64,000 bases of DNA, taken from positions 72,168,001-72,232,000 of the forward strand of contig NC_087445.1 in the NCBI RefSeq assembly GCF_036321535.1, given 5' to 3'. This stretch comes from Camelus dromedarius (lineage: Eukaryota). A model generated the notes under the pieces. The model had not been told where the DNA came from and did not search any database. It saw only the letters and a list, made by a program, of their open reading frames with translations. Shown here one piece after another: positions 23,962-37,374 of the stretch. How positions within the stretch are numbered: position 1 is the stretch's first letter; the number at the start of each line of letters is the position of its first letter. A program made the position numbers and the translations under genes.

Positions 23962-24104
23962 GTCTGTCCCCCTGGGACACAGGGTCCTTCTGGAGAGACC
24001 AGGGTGGCTATCATTTGACCTTCACCCACCACCTTGCCAGGTGATTGGTAACCTGACCTGCCTGCATTCAAGTGAGTGCACCAGGCCTTCAGAGAGATAG
24101 AATA

Positions 24105-24620
24105 CGTCCTTCATTAGTCTGCGCCAGGCACTGTGCTAGGCTTTGGAGACGTAGGTGACAAATTCCGGCAGGACTTGTGCCTTCCTGGAGCTCTGGAGCA
24201 GTAGGGGACACAGCCACAGGGACGGTGAATCCCAAAGATAAAGAACGGAATGCAGATCAAACTGATAGAAAAGTGAATGAGGGGCATGGGGATGACTGGG
24301 AGGCTCCCCTGAGGAGGTGACTGTTCATCTGAGGCCTGAATGAGAGAGAGAGGACTTTCTGGGGGTGGTAGGCATTCTAGGCTGTAGGAACAGCGAGTGT
24401 GAAGTCCCTGAGGCAGGAAGGTACTAGAGGAATGAAAGGAGACCCCCGAAGCTGGAGCCAGTAGAGGGTGGGCAGCGGTGTGAGGTGGGATGGAGAGGGC
24501 TGCTGGGGCCTTGTGGGCTGGGGAGGGGCTTGGATTGTGCCCGGGGCAGTAGGGAGCCACAGCAGTGTTTGAGCAGGGCAGTGACCTTATCAGATTTGTT
24601 TCCTACAAAGCCCTCTGGCA
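24105..24620 (-). mobile_element. L2 LINE fragment in SLC27A4 intron 12
   Basis: ccaggcactgtgctaggctttggagac...cctggagct... and gagccacagcagtgtttgagcagggcagtgacc-ttatcagattt L2 motifs. Confidence 0.7.
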
Positions 24621-25134
24621 GCTGTGTGCAGAGTATGTGTAGAGGCTGCAGGTGGCCCTAGGGGAGGGGAGATGAGAAAAGGGCTGTCATCCAGGGAGGG
24701 GTGAGTGGTGGGTCCACTGTGACATGGTGGGGTGTTGCCATCCTTCTGTCCGTTGGTCCACTGCTGGTTCTCAGGAGTTCCCTGATGGGCAGGAAGCGCT
24801 GAGGCTCATGCCCAGACCTCCCCTCTGCTCTCCTCAGTCCTTGCTGCCCATCCTAGCTCCCTACACTGCTCAGCCTCTCCTTGGCTGCTCAGCCTGGGGC
24901 CACGTCTGCCTAGCTACCTCCCAGGGGGTCATTGTGTCTGCCCCTCTCTTGATGGAAGGCCTTCCCTTATTGACGTGGCCCCTGCCAGATAGTGGGCCCC
25001 TGGGCACACCTGAAGCAGTGGGGAGGGTCAGATGGGGACACTGGTGCTGTGCTCCTGACCAAGACTGTAAGCTCCCTGAGGACTAGAGGGCCGCTGTGAC
25101 TTCTGCGTCCAGGAGGGAGGAAGTGTTCTGTCCC

Positions 25135-25275
25135 TGTGCTGTTGGCCCCATGTAGCTGTTGAGCACTTGAAGTGGGACCAGTGTGGCTGAGAAACCAAAT
25201 TTTAAATTTTGTTTAATTTTAATTAAATTTACATAGCCATTCAGGGCTAGTGACTACCCTATTGGACAGTGCGGG
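25135..25275. mobile_element. MER3 fragment
   Basis: ttgagcacttgaagtgggacc...aattttaattaaattt-acatagcca...ctattggacagtgc. Confidence 0.7.
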
Positions 25276-25277
25276 TA

Positions 25278-25545
25278 TAAATGGCCTTTCCCAGGATGGC
25301 TAGACTGCTTTCAGGACACCCCCAAGAGGGTGGGGGTGGAGCTGCAAGGCTCCTTGAGGCCTGGACTCACTCAGAACTCCCACAACATCACTTCTGCCAC
25401 ATCCTGTGGGTCAAAGAAGTCATACGGCCAGTCTGGATTCAAGGAGGGGTTGAGAAAGACTCCAGCTCTTAACTGGGAGAAGTGGCCAAGCCACATGGCA
25501 GAGGAGTGTGTGTACAGGGAGGGGAGGAATCTGTAGCCATTTCTG
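25278..25545. mobile_element. MLT1-type (ERVL-MaLR) LTR fragment
   Basis: catcacttctgccacatcctgtgggtcaaagaagtcatacggccagtctggattcaaggagggg...agactccagctctt, an MLT1 hallmark. Confidence 0.7.
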
Positions 25546-25659
25546 GCATCTGTCACACCTGGGTTCAGATCCCAGCACACTGCTTACAAGCTGTGTGATG
25601 CTGGCCTAGAGATGTGCCTCTCTGAGCATCAGTCTTCTCATATGTATACAGAGGCTAAC

Positions 25660-25790
25660 CCTACATTGATTGAAAGATGCATAATTTACATTATATACTA
25701 TTAAGGAGAAAAAAAACACTGCTAATTGAGTTCTTTCAGAGATGTTAAAATCCAAAAACTTGTGCATCTTAGAATCTATAGAATATGGTT
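25660..25790 (-). mobile_element. MER104-like TcMar-Tc2 fragment
   Basis: Reverse complement ccatattctatagattctaagatgcac...ttttaacatctctgaaa resembles the recalled MER104 terminus. Confidence 0.5.
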
Positions 25791-26219
25791 GAGCACCTGC
25801 CCCTGGGGTTGGTGTGCAGATTAAATGACATCACACCTTTACCTGGGAGGTGCACCAATAAAGGGAGCCATCACGGAAGACCCCCGTTCTGGCCCTCATT
25901 CAGCTGTCACTCAGCACGTGGCCCTGGGCTAATAGCTTCCCTTCTTCAGGCCTGAGTTTCCCTGTCTGCACAAAGGGGCAGATAACACCCCCCAACCCTG
26001 GCACCTTTGCTAGGGCTGCTCTGTTACATAATGTAATGGATGGAGCCTTTGCAAACTGTAAAGGGCAGTTCCCCTCCTCCCACACTTCCCCTTTTCCTGT
26101 GTTCTCTCCAGCCCTCTCTCTTAGCCCCGTGTCAACCCTGGGGGGTGGGTTCCTGGGAGCTCAGGCTTTTGCTCTGCACTCTCTGACCCTTCTTCCCCCT
26201 TGTCTTCCCACTCCCTCAG

Positions 26220-26377
26220 GGACTTTTAAGTTACAGAAGATGGAGCTGCGGAAGGAGGGCTTTGACCTGAAGGTTGTGAAAGACCCGCTGTTCTACCTGG
26301 ACGCGCGGAAGGGCCGCTATGTCCCACTGGACCAAGAGGCCTACACCCGCATCCAGGCAGGCGAGGAGAAGCTGTGA
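26220..26377 (+). CDS. SLC27A4: SLC27A4 exon 13 (last coding exon)
   Basis: [52 protein letters not shown]; total CDS 1932 nt = 643 aa + stop. Confidence 0.97.
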
Positions 26378-27050
26378 TTGGCCCCAGGTCCCTCTGAGAG
26401 CCAGTGGATACTGGATCCAGAGCCCCAGCTCCCACCCCAGAGGGGTCCTGGGCGAAGCCAGACCAAAGCAAGCAGGGCCCAGCACCTTGACCCAGAGGTG
26501 CTGATCCCTTCTCCTCAAAACTGCCAAGGGACTCACTGCCGCCTCCCCCGCCCCCGAGGCTTTCTGTGAAAGCCTCACATCCATGTTATGTCTTCGAGGC
26601 CACGCAGGGCCTCTGGGCCCCAGGCTGAGACTGAGACCCTCAGGATGATGTCTTGGGTCAGGGCCGGGGGAGGTGGGAGATCACCAAGCACCCCCAAAGC
26701 GCAGGCAGCTTGTAAATGGGACGAAGGCGGAAGCTCCCAGACTCAGGAAGCCAGCAAAGTGGGCAGGGGCAGTGGTGGCTTTGGCTCAGGTGTCCAAAGA
26801 GGATCCAGACCCTGGCGCTGCTCAGGTGTCACCCAGCCCAGGCGGCGCCTGCAGGAGGGCAGGAGGAGGACTGGACACAGCAGTTGGCCTGGACGGAGCA
26901 TGCCCTCCTTCTCCTCTCCCTGGGTGGCTACCTGGCTCTCCCTCTGGCAGGACTTTTCTGTCTCTGTGGGTCTGTCTGTCCATGTCACCATCTCCATCTC
27001 TGTACTGGCCCAACTGTGAGACAAGAAGGGGTGGGAGGCGCTCAGGGGCC

Positions 27051-27056
27051 AATAAA
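27051..27056 (+). terminator. SLC27A4: SLC27A4 polyadenylation signal
   Basis: AATAAA about 675 nt after the stop, followed by a pyrimidine/GT-rich segment. Confidence 0.8.
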
Positions 27057-30000
27057 CTCTGCCTTGACTCCCCCAGGCTGTGTGCATGCCACCTGAGCTC
27101 ACCCCTAGCCTGATCAGGCCCCAGCTCCTGCCCCAGGCACTCACTTGCCCATTTATTCATTCACTTGGACTGAGGGATGTGGCAGGTAAGAGGCCACAGC
27201 CCCTGTCCGCAGTGTTATCTCAGACAGAGGGCAGTTCCCACCTGAGCCTGGCAAGGTGTTTTAACAGCGTGAGCTTGAAAGTCCAAACCAACTGTGTCAC
27301 TTAGGAGCTTGTGGCCTTGGGCAAGTGGCTCAGTGTCCTCATCTATGACATGGGAATAATCAGGATTCAGAGAGCTAAAGGTAGCCATTATGAGAAAAGG
27401 GCTGTTCAGAGTCTTCGAGGGAGGAAACCCTAGCCCATGGTGGGGTCCCATCTCCAGACCCTTGCTCATGCAGTTCCCTCTGCTGGGGTCCATTTTCCCA
27501 GGGTCTTGGGGGCCGTGGGAGGCAAAGCATGGCTTCCTAACCAGCTGGGTGGTCTAGGAAACTTCCTGGAGCAGTCTTTCCAGTGCTGTAGTCAGCAGCG
27601 CCAGTGGAAGGCCACCTGTCTCTAGAGCCCATTGCTGGAGTCACACCCAGGCTGGAAAGGTCCCACCCAGTGGGAAGAGGGTGGTCCAACCAAACACAGG
27701 GCAGCAGGCAGTGTGTGTGCCCCAGGGCATTATCTGCACTGTTTAACCCTCACCACTTGGCTGTTTAACCTCTGTCACTTGGCTGAGGTCACACAGCAAG
27801 TAGTGGGGACTGGAATGCAAACCCCAGCTCTGTGCTCTTCCTGCTGCTCCACTGCCCCCTTGGTGTAGAAGCCAACAGGAAAGCTAGAAGAGCTTCCATT
27901 CCACACATGCTTGTGGAGCCATCTGTGAGCCACACCCCAGGCCAGCAGCTGACAGTTTGGGTGGAGGGTGGCCAGGATAAGAAATTTGGGGGGGTGACCT
28001 TTGAAAGATTGAGGAGTCTGGTGCCACTCTTGACAGAAGTGAGAGGGGCAGACCTGGAGTTGGCCCTTGGAGAGCAATGCTCAGTGGGGTTTGGGAGTGG
28101 CAGGCATGGCTGCGGTGGCCCAGTGTGACCAGCAGAGGGTGCATGGGGCTTGCAGAATCAGGTCCAGTCCTTAGTGCTCAGCCAGGGGAGCTGGGAAGAG
28201 GGACTGTAAGTTCCTCCTTCACCCCAAGGCAGGTACCCAGCCCAGAGGACTCCCTGGTGGGCCTTTGGGCTTCTGAGGAGCTGGATTTGGCTGACAGTGA
28301 AGCTTTGTGTCTTTAACCCTCAGCAATGAATGCTCTCCGATGGGAAGGAGGCCCCTGTTCCTTCCCCCAGATTGAACACCATCACTGAAAGGCAGTATGG
28401 AGTGGTGGTTTAAAGCTCCAGCTTGGGAGTCAATCAGACCTGGGTTCAAGTCTATTTGCCAGGCTGAGCCTCAGTTTCCTCTCCTGTAAATGGAGATCTA
28501 GGAATCTACCTTGGGACAGTTATGAACATACAATGAGATCGTGCTTGGAAATCTCTTAGCAAGGGGTCTGGTGCTGGTATGTGCTCAGTACGTGGTAGCT
28601 AAAAGAATACGAGATATATTCAGGTGTTAATACCCCAGACTAGGTCTAAGTTTCCCACTTCTGTGCTGCACCCCGCTCTGCCCACATCCCCTCCGTGAAG
28701 GGACGGGACTGGTGGGCCTCTGGGCCTTGCAGCTCTCCTGTCTGCCTCTGGTCATCTCAAGCCATGGCTGTGAGTCGTCTCCCATGCCTGCAGCAAGTGC
28801 TCGGTACACAGTGCTTGTGAAGTCAGTTAATGATAGCTCCTGTTTACTGGGCATTTCCTTATATGTCTGTAGTGCCCCATGGTTTACAAAGCGCAGTGTA
28901 AGTTCGTCTATGGGGCAGATTCTAAAGGCCCACGCTGTGCAGGGAGCTGGTGGCGGGGATACGGTATGAGAGACCCGGACCCTAGGTCTACCCTCAGGGA
29001 GCCCACTATCTGGGGGCAGGGGAGAGGGGGCTGTTAAGTCAGGAAGCAAAGGGTATTTGCTTAGCTGCACCCTAACCCAGTGCCCTGATGGGTGGAGGGG
29101 TCATGTTTCATGGTCACAGGGGCCTTTCAAAGAAGAGTTATCAAAAAATAGGAGGGGTAAGAATGTTCCAGACAGAAGGAGCAGTGAAACAGGCATGGAG
29201 GTGAAGGGTGAGCAGGGCTGATGAAAGAAGGGTCGTGAGGCTGCAGGGGTGGGGCTAGGGGAGAGCTGAGGCAAGGTGTGCAAAGTGAATCCTTTGTGGG
29301 CCTTTATCCTTGCACACCTCCAGGTCTGGGAGCTCAGCTAGGAAATCCTTATATCAGGCCAAACCCGCTTCCTTCGACTTGCTAACAGCCACCACCATGG
29401 AGCACTTCCTAGTGCGTGATGCAGTGCCAAGCACTTTATATGCATTATTTCATTAAACCCATAACACAAAGCAGCTACTATTTTTAACCCCATTCCACAG
29501 ATGAGGAACCTGAGGCTCAGAGGGGCAGTCACAGGGCCTAGGAATAGCAGCGCTTGGATGCAGGCCCCCGCCCCGGAGCCTCAGTGTTCCCATCTGCACG
29601 CTGCACTGGGGAAGCTGGAAGGGGCCTGCCTTGAGCGTCCCCGGAGGTCCTACCGCCTTCAGACAGGCAAGTGGCTGCCCAGGCCAGTGCTTGGCGTATC
29701 ACTTTCAATTCCTGGGAAGAAGGTTAAATACGTCCAAGGGGCCCATTGAGGCGCTGGCAGCAAGGGAAGGCGCAACCAAGTGACTTTCAAAGGGGCCTGA
29801 ATGCGTGGCCAGCCCCTCCCTTGGAGGAGGGGGCCCAGCNNNNNNNNNNNNNNNNNNNNNNNNNNNNNNNNNNNNNNNNNNNNNNNNNNNNNNNNNNNNN
29901 NNNNNNNNNNNNNNNNNNNNNNNNNNNNNNNNNNNNNNNNNNNNNNNNNNNNNNNNNNNNNNNNNNNNNNNNNNNNNNNNNNNNNNNCAGCCTCCCGGGG

Positions 30001-32899
30001 AGCACGAGGGGAGCAGGCGGGGAGACAAAAGGCAGTGGGCAGGGGGGCACCCATGCCCTTGCCTCCCCCGCAGACGCTGCCATTGTCTCCCTAGGAGCTT
30101 CAGAGGGGATGGAGTCCAACGCCCGGGCTGGCCAGCCTGCTAGAGGGACAGGGGTTGGGGCCCAAGTCCCTCTTCTGTGTGGATCCCAGGGGAAGACATT
30201 TGGGTGAGCCAAGCCTATCAGGACACAGTGCGCGTCAAGAATCCTGAAGGCATAACAACCTGGGGTTGGGGCTGGACACATAGGGGTCCATGGACAAGTG
30301 ACCAGTTCTGAGGCTCAGTTTTCACATTTGGAAAATGGACCCAATAGTAGCCCCTGTGAGAAATCAATCAGATAATGCCTATAAAGCACCTGGCAGATGC
30401 AAAGTGGGCATTCAGTACTCTTTGAATAAATACATGTTAAAGTATTACTGTTACTAATTAGGAGGATGAGTAAGGTAGGCCTGGGGTCAGAAGAAAAGAG
30501 TTTCTAAGACTGAGAGCCAGGCATTCACAGAAGGGGCTTACTTAGGAGTGAGCTCCCAGTCTCTGGGCTATGCAAGGAAAAGTTGGAGGCCCCCCTGCCT
30601 GTTGAAATGTGGGAAGGATTCCCACTCCTCTGGACGGGAAGGAGTGCCTCTGGCCTTCCTACACGCCATATCCTGCCCACCTCCACCTCCCGCAGTTCCT
30701 TGGGACATGGGCTTGGATGTGACTTCCTCTGGGAAGCCTTGCCTGATCCCGGGGCTGGAAGGGGTCCTCCTCCAGCTCTTGCGGGCCCCTGTGTTTCCCC
30801 GTTATAACATTGATTGCACTGTGTGGTCTGTTTTTATGTCTGTGTCTCTTCCAGAAACATCAGCCCCAGGAAGGCAGGGACCCCTTGGTTTTGTTCACCG
30901 TTGAGTCCCAGCACCAGCACTGGACCTGGCACTTAACCGGTGCTCAATGTTTGTTTGTCAAATGGATGGACCTTTTCAAAAGCTCCCTACCTCTCCTGTT
31001 CCAGCCCCAGGAGGCAGCAATTCCCAGGGTTAGAGGATATTCAGCTCAGAGGTGGGCGAGGGTGAGAGGTCCTTACCTTGTTGGCAAAGAGAAGCCATTA
31101 AATGACTTTCAGCAACGGACTGATATGTATTCACTCATTCATTCATTAACTAACTCATTCAGCAAGCACTTACCAAACCCCTACAATGTGTTAAGCTCCT
31201 TACTACGAGCTAAGGATCTAAGATGAGTCAGGCAAGGTTTCTAGAGCTCAACTCTGGAAGAGCCAATGAAAATATCTTTTTGCTGAAAGGACCTTAAGAG
31301 AGCATTTGGTCCCAAAGCCTTATTTACAGATTAGGGAAACTGAGTTCCACATAGCATGGTGAATGTGGGGCCTTTCCATTTGCCATAGGATTCTTTTGTG
31401 CTTTTAGAGGACCAGAGCTGTGTCTCATTTGTCCTTATTTTGCCAATGCCCTGGAACAACGCCTGGTACACTGAAGGGGCTCAGGGCCATCTGTGGAGCT
31501 GCTGTACAAGGAAGCCGCAGCCAGACGGAGTGAGGTAGGAGGCAGGCAAGCCAGAGAAGGAGGTGCAGGTGAGAGGTGACAGGGGTGGCAATAGAATTCA
31601 GGGCTGCAAAATCAGCTTCGGAAGGAGACAAATACAGATGTGGTGACTGGATGTAGAAGAGAATTAAGAACAATGTCAAGGTTTCTTGCTTGGGTGTTTC
31701 AGTGGATGGCAGTGGTGTCCCTGGGATAAGGAACACAGGGGAGCCTGTTTTAGGGAATGAGGCACTGTGCCAAGAACTCATTTAGTTCTCTCTGCAACTC
31801 TACGGGGGCTGTTATTACCTTCATTTTACAGATGAGGAAACTGAGGCACATATATGTTAAGGGACTTAACCAAAGACACAAAACAGGAAATGGTGGGGCC
31901 TGGACATAAAGCTGGTATGTAAACTCCCACCTCTTAGTGATGACTCTGTCATTACATTCACCCTTAACCACCAGACTATACTTCACCAACTTTGGAAGTG
32001 TGGCTTAGATGCCCTGGGACATCCACTTCCCTCCCTTTCTCCCCTGGGCTTTGGCAACAGGCTCCAGTGGTCTCCCTATCTTCTTCCCTGTTCCCCTCCA
32101 AATCAATCTCCACACTGCAGCCGGGAAGGATATTTTAAAAATAATCTCGCTCACCCCCGCAAATTCTTCACACACTCACATGCACGCGTGCACACACACA
32201 CCCCCAAAATCCTTTAAAGGCCTATCATTACTCCTAAATTAGAGACTGAAATTCTTACCTGGCTCACAAGGCATGATTCGGCCCCTGCCCACCTTTCTAG
32301 CCTCATCTCTTCCCAGGCCCTCTGCTCCCCAATTTCCACCTTCTTCTCTTGGTGCTCCAGCGTGTTCTCCCACCCGGAGACTTTGCACCTTCTGTTCTCA
32401 CTGAAATGCTCCCAGAGGTTTTTCTTTCCTCACATCCACTTAGTTAACTCAACTCAGGCTTTAGAGTTCAGCTCAAGTCCAGTCCAATCCTTTTTTTTTT
32501 TTTTTCCTTTAAGTCCTTATAACTTGATATCATTTCTTTCAGTTTGAGATTTTACATTTATTAGCAGGACTGGTATGTTTATTTGATTAATTTCCCCCAC
32601 TAGACTGTGAGTGCCCTAAAGGCAGGAACGTTGCCTAGTCCGTTCACCACCGCATTCATTAGCACCAACCTAAATGCCTGGCACACGGAGAACGTGCAAT
32701 AAATATCCGCTGAATAAGTGAAATCCAAGTCGACAGTGAAAGGGGCAGTTGGATTGCGAGTCGATGGCTCAGGAGAGAAGTTTCTGGGCTGGAAATAAAG
32801 ATTTGGGGGTCACCTCTAATACAAGTCAAGAGGCGTGGACAGGCTCGCCCAAGCGGTGCGCAGACTGAAGAGAATTTATAACTAATGCAAGAGAAACAG

Positions 32900-33450
32900 T
32901 AATGTGGCTCACAGTCACGGCGCAAAGATGACGGGGCTCCCCTCCACCTAGCTGTGGCTCGTGCAAGTCGCTGCCCACCCTGGCTGAGTCCCGTCCCTAA
33001 ACGGCACAGGAGGACCGACTCGAAATCCCCCAACAGCGCCCGCGACCCTCCAGCCTCAGCTCGCAGCTCCGAGCCTTCCTCCAATAGCTGAGGAGTCTTC
33101 CGGGCACCGCCTCTTCCGTCAGCGGCGACCGGAAATGGGGCGGTGGCGCCGGAAGTCGATGGGAGTTTCCTGTGAGCTTGGCTTCCTCAACATGGCAGCG
33201 CCCTTGTCAGTGGAGGTGGAGTTCGGGTGAGTCACAGAGCTGGGGCGCCATGGGGATGGATTGAAGTCGTCGAGCCCGGAACTCCCCTCCCTCTGCCTTG
33301 GGGCCTGTCACGACCGAATCCCCGAGGCTCCCGGCTACTTCCCTGAGCTACGCCACCCGCCTCGGAGAGTCTGAGAGGCTAGGTCTCCCTGGGCGACGAG
33401 GCCGTATGTCCGGGAATAGAGGCGCACATCTCGGCGTGGAGGTGCGCTCT
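32900..33450 (+). promoter_or_regulatory. URM1: URM1 CpG-island promoter with clustered ETS sites
   Basis: CCAAT at 33081-33085; CTTCCGG 33097-33103; CTTCCG 33113-33118; CCGGAAAT 33129-33136; GC box 33137-33143; CCGGAAGT 33149-33156. Confidence 0.85.
33192..33226 (+). CDS. URM1: URM1 exon 1
   Basis: AACATGG; MAAPLSVEVEF(G); GTGAGT donor; 35 nt. Confidence 0.96.
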
Positions 33451-36400
33451 GGGCACTCCTCAGTGCCCTGAGCCCTGCCGGACTCAAAAGCCTTGATGGT
33501 TAGCGGGAGGCCTCCCTACCTTCTTTGCCAATCCTATTTCGGACCAGACCCGTGTGTCTGGCATCTGAGCTGCTAGGACTTAGAAGAACCACCCTTCACC
33601 CTCTGATTTCTGACTTCGGGCAGCAATTTCCGTTTACATGGCTCTTGGAGTCCTGTTTCTCGTGGGATGTGTAGCTAAGACGGGACTCCTTTCCTCTCTT
33701 TTTCAAGATTTGGTGGTGTTAAAACAGAACTGAACCCCTTTCAGTGCATTCAGCATACTTGCTGAGTGCTTTCGGCAGCTCTTGGGTCTGGTGGAGATAC
33801 GAGGCTAAGATAGCACAATTGAGGAGACTAACTCTGACAGTACAGTATGCACTGGATGAAAAGTGCAGGATTGGGGCACCAATAACTGAAGAAACACAGA
33901 CCAGGGAGGAAGTCGATTCAAGCCGCTATTTTCTACCTTCTACAAACAGAAGGTTTGTTACATGATTTCCGAGCTGAGAGAAACTGCAGAGCTTAAAGAG
34001 AAGGCAAAGAAACTGAGACCCTAAGGGATGGATGGTATAATTTCTAGAGTCACATGGGAAAAGCTGGGACTAGAATCGTGTGTATGTGAAGATAAACCAC
34101 GGCTTATGTGAAAGGAAAAGTCTGGGATGGGAATCTGAAATATCTGCCTATAAATGCCTTTCCTTCCATTGGATGCCCCCAGTTTCTTTCATGTTTTCCC
34201 TTCACTGCGTAGTCCATTCACCAGTCATTTATTGAGTGCCTACCATGTGCCAGGCAGTGAGCCAGGCACAGAGGATACAAAGATAAATAGAACTTTGTCC
34301 ATGCCTTCCAGTATTCAGCATTTCTGTCTCTTACAAGGGGGTATTCTCATGACTGTTAACTGCATTTTAATTGATGATATTGTCTGGCCCTGTGGGTCCA
34401 ATTAGAACTATGCTAGTCTAGCCTTCTGACTATTTTACTTCACTGACTCTTGGCCCAGCTATGCTCCCCCATACCCTGGGGATTCTAGAAGGATATCTGC
34501 TACTTTGACAGGCCTCAGCAGAACTGAAAAGGGAGAAGCTGCAGATTGCCAGTGTTAAAGTTTACCTATAGCCTGCTTACCTTTCATTCTCACTGAGTCA
34601 GACATGGTTTTTGTTCATCAGAAATGTCTTCTGTCTGCCAGGTACTGTGCTGGCAGCAGTGGGGAGGTCATAGGAAGATGTAGTCCTTGCCCTCCGGAAC
34701 TTACTGACTAGCTTTTCTGGCTTGACCATCTCAGCCTCCCTAACCACCAAGAGCAAAAGTGAGCCCTGACAAGGCAAGCCAGTGTTCCCTCCACCCACCA
34801 CCGCCATGTCCCATAAGAATTGCAGCTTCTCGGGAAGCAAGAATGCCCAATATGTATGCCAAGCTCAGATTCCTTTTCTCTTTGTCTCTGTCTCAATGCA
34901 TGTTTTTGCCCCTGGCCTTTCTTCCATTTCCTACATCTCTTAGCACACTTTCTTCACCTTTTATTCTGAACCTAAGCAGATTTACATTTACAAAGATGCC
35001 CTGCGCATCATTCTCTCCCTTTTGTCCCCAAGTGCCACCATCATCCTTGAAGAGTCTAGTTTAGGACTTTGCCTCTTTCCCCTGAGTAGATGTGGTCCTT
35101 TCAGCCCCACCAGCTCTCATAGACTCTCTAGAAGACCTCTCCCCGCTTTCTCTGTCTTGTCAGTGACCAGTTCCCCCATCCTTGTCTTGCCTCCTGAACT
35201 GTCCTTAGCAGAGCATTTTCTCAGGTCACACAGGATTCAGAGTGGGTAGTACATATGTGTTTTATGTCCCTGTAGTCCAGATGTGAGATTCCCTCTTCCT
35301 TTTCCCTTTTCCTCTTTCTTGAGTCTGAGAGGTATTGGCAAAGTAAGGGAATGCCATTGAGGTCAGAGAAGAAATGGGGGAAATGGGCATTTTCATTCAT
35401 TCAGCAAATATTTCTTGAGTGCCTACTATGTACCAGGTCCTATTTTAGGCAGACTTGCATTCCAGCAGGTAAAGGGGAAATAAATAAAAATTAAAATATT
35501 TAAGATAAAAAGATGAAGATAATTAGAAAAAGTGGAGGCCCTTGTGGGACTGTCTGTACCAGTCACTGGTACCAACAAACACCTCCCACCAAGAACTGGG
35601 GATTGGAGGGAAGATGAAGTATCTTAAGATGTAATCCCTTAGTGGAGTCTGAATAGCAAATCCTGTAGGACATTAGAGAGTCTGGCTTTGGTTTTCTTCT
35701 GGGACCAAATCAGGCCCCTTGCCTGCCTCCCTGAATCACTCCAGAAGCTGGGCATGCACCTTCCTCCCCTCCAGATGTGCTGACAGCAGAAATGCCAACC
35801 CCTCCCTCCAGGGCTAATGAGCCCAGCAGTGGCTGGTCAATCTCCGAGCCAGACTGGTTCTTTATCCTCATGTGAAGGGAAAAACAGCCTCGGCCTCTGA
35901 GCCTGGCACCACCAGGTTTGGCCAATCTGGGTTGTTTGCCTAGATCCCAATGCTTCCAGTTCCCACTCCTCTGACCCCCCAACTCCTGTCACCCCTAGCC
36001 TGTTGCCCTCCCCCACCCCAGCTGCTGCATATGCCAGCCCCCACCTAGGAGAGAACGAGGCTCTTGGAAGGGGATAAATGGAGGCTCTGTGCGGGCCTGC
36101 AGCTGAAATGGNNNNNNNNNNNNNNNNNNNNNNNNNNNNNNNNNNNNNNNNNNNNNNNNNNNNNNNNNNNNNNNNNNNNNNNNNNNNNNNNNNNNNNNNN
36201 NNNNNNNNNNNNNNNNNNNNNNNNNNNNNNNNNNNNNNNNNNNNNNNNNNNTCAGGACATCTCTGTTCTCTGAAGTTGGGAAAGGGTGATGGGGTGGGAG
36301 GCGTCACATCCGTCAAAAGTCTGTTAAGGCCTTCTCAGTTAAGATCCACGTGAAGTCTGAGGTGGGGGTCAGGGGACCCAGAGGGAGAAGCAGTGTGGGG

Positions 36401-36550
36401 CACTGAAAGAGACCGAGTGTCTGCAGCATGAGCCCTGACTTCTGGACTTGGCTCCCAGCATCTCTGTTGTCCCAGCCGTCCGTCGGCCAGGTGCTAGCGC
36501 ACAAATGAACCAGACTTTGCCCTCAAGGGGCTTTCTGACCCTTGGGGAGT

Positions 36551-36579
36551 CTTTTTTTTTTTTTTTTTTTTTTTTTTTT
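36551..36579. repeat. Poly-T tract (poly-A also at ~49453-49470)
   Basis: About 28 consecutive T. Confidence 0.9.
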
Positions 36580-37303
36580 CTGTGAGAAACCAGTATGAAT
36601 TCAACTCCTAGTTCAGCCACTGCCTGTCTGGCCTTGGACAACTTACTTAATCTTTCCTGGCCTCAGTCTGCTTCCCCATTTGATAGAATTGATGATGTCT
36701 GCCTCTCTACCCCCTTCTCTGGCATTCCTTGAAGATGAAACAAGATGATGCACATTCTTGTAAATGGCAAGGTTATTGCTAAGCCCAGTGGGGTCTCTTA
36801 CCTTCCAGCACTGTGGTGTGCCCACCAGGCCAGCAGCAGGGGGCACAGGCAGGGGCATTTCAAAGCCTCACTCGGCCAGAGGAAACCTCTAGATACACAG
36901 GGTGTCCAGTGTGCCATGTGGTAGCTTCTCAACGTTTTTGCAGATGGAAAGACTGAGGCTTGAGAAGATACAGGCATGTGCTCAGAGTCTCACCATCAGG
37001 CGAGGTGGAACTCCGGAGCCTGTGCTCTGCCCCTGCCCCTGTATGCTAAGCTACCTCTTGAGAAAACAGAGTAGGAAAAATAAGGGTCTGCAAATTGGGA
37101 TACTTAAATATTAGTAAAAATTGTTTCTGTCCTACGTTACCATGCAGGAAGCCACATTTGAGAATGATCACTTGTACCCAAGGTGTTCTGAACCTTGGTC
37201 TCTGCATCTCTTGGGCGTTGGTGCCAGCCCCCTCCTCAGTTTTCAATCTCAGCGAGGCGTTTGCAGGAGCTCACCCAGCTCTTTCTCTGGCCCTCCTTTG
37301 CAG

Positions 37304-37374
37304 AGGCGGTGCGGAGCTCCTGTTTGACGGTGTGAAGAAACATCAGGTCACCTTGCCTGGGCAGGAGGAACCCT
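37304..37374 (+). CDS. URM1: URM1 exon 2
   Basis: [23 protein letters not shown]; 71 nt. Confidence 0.96.
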
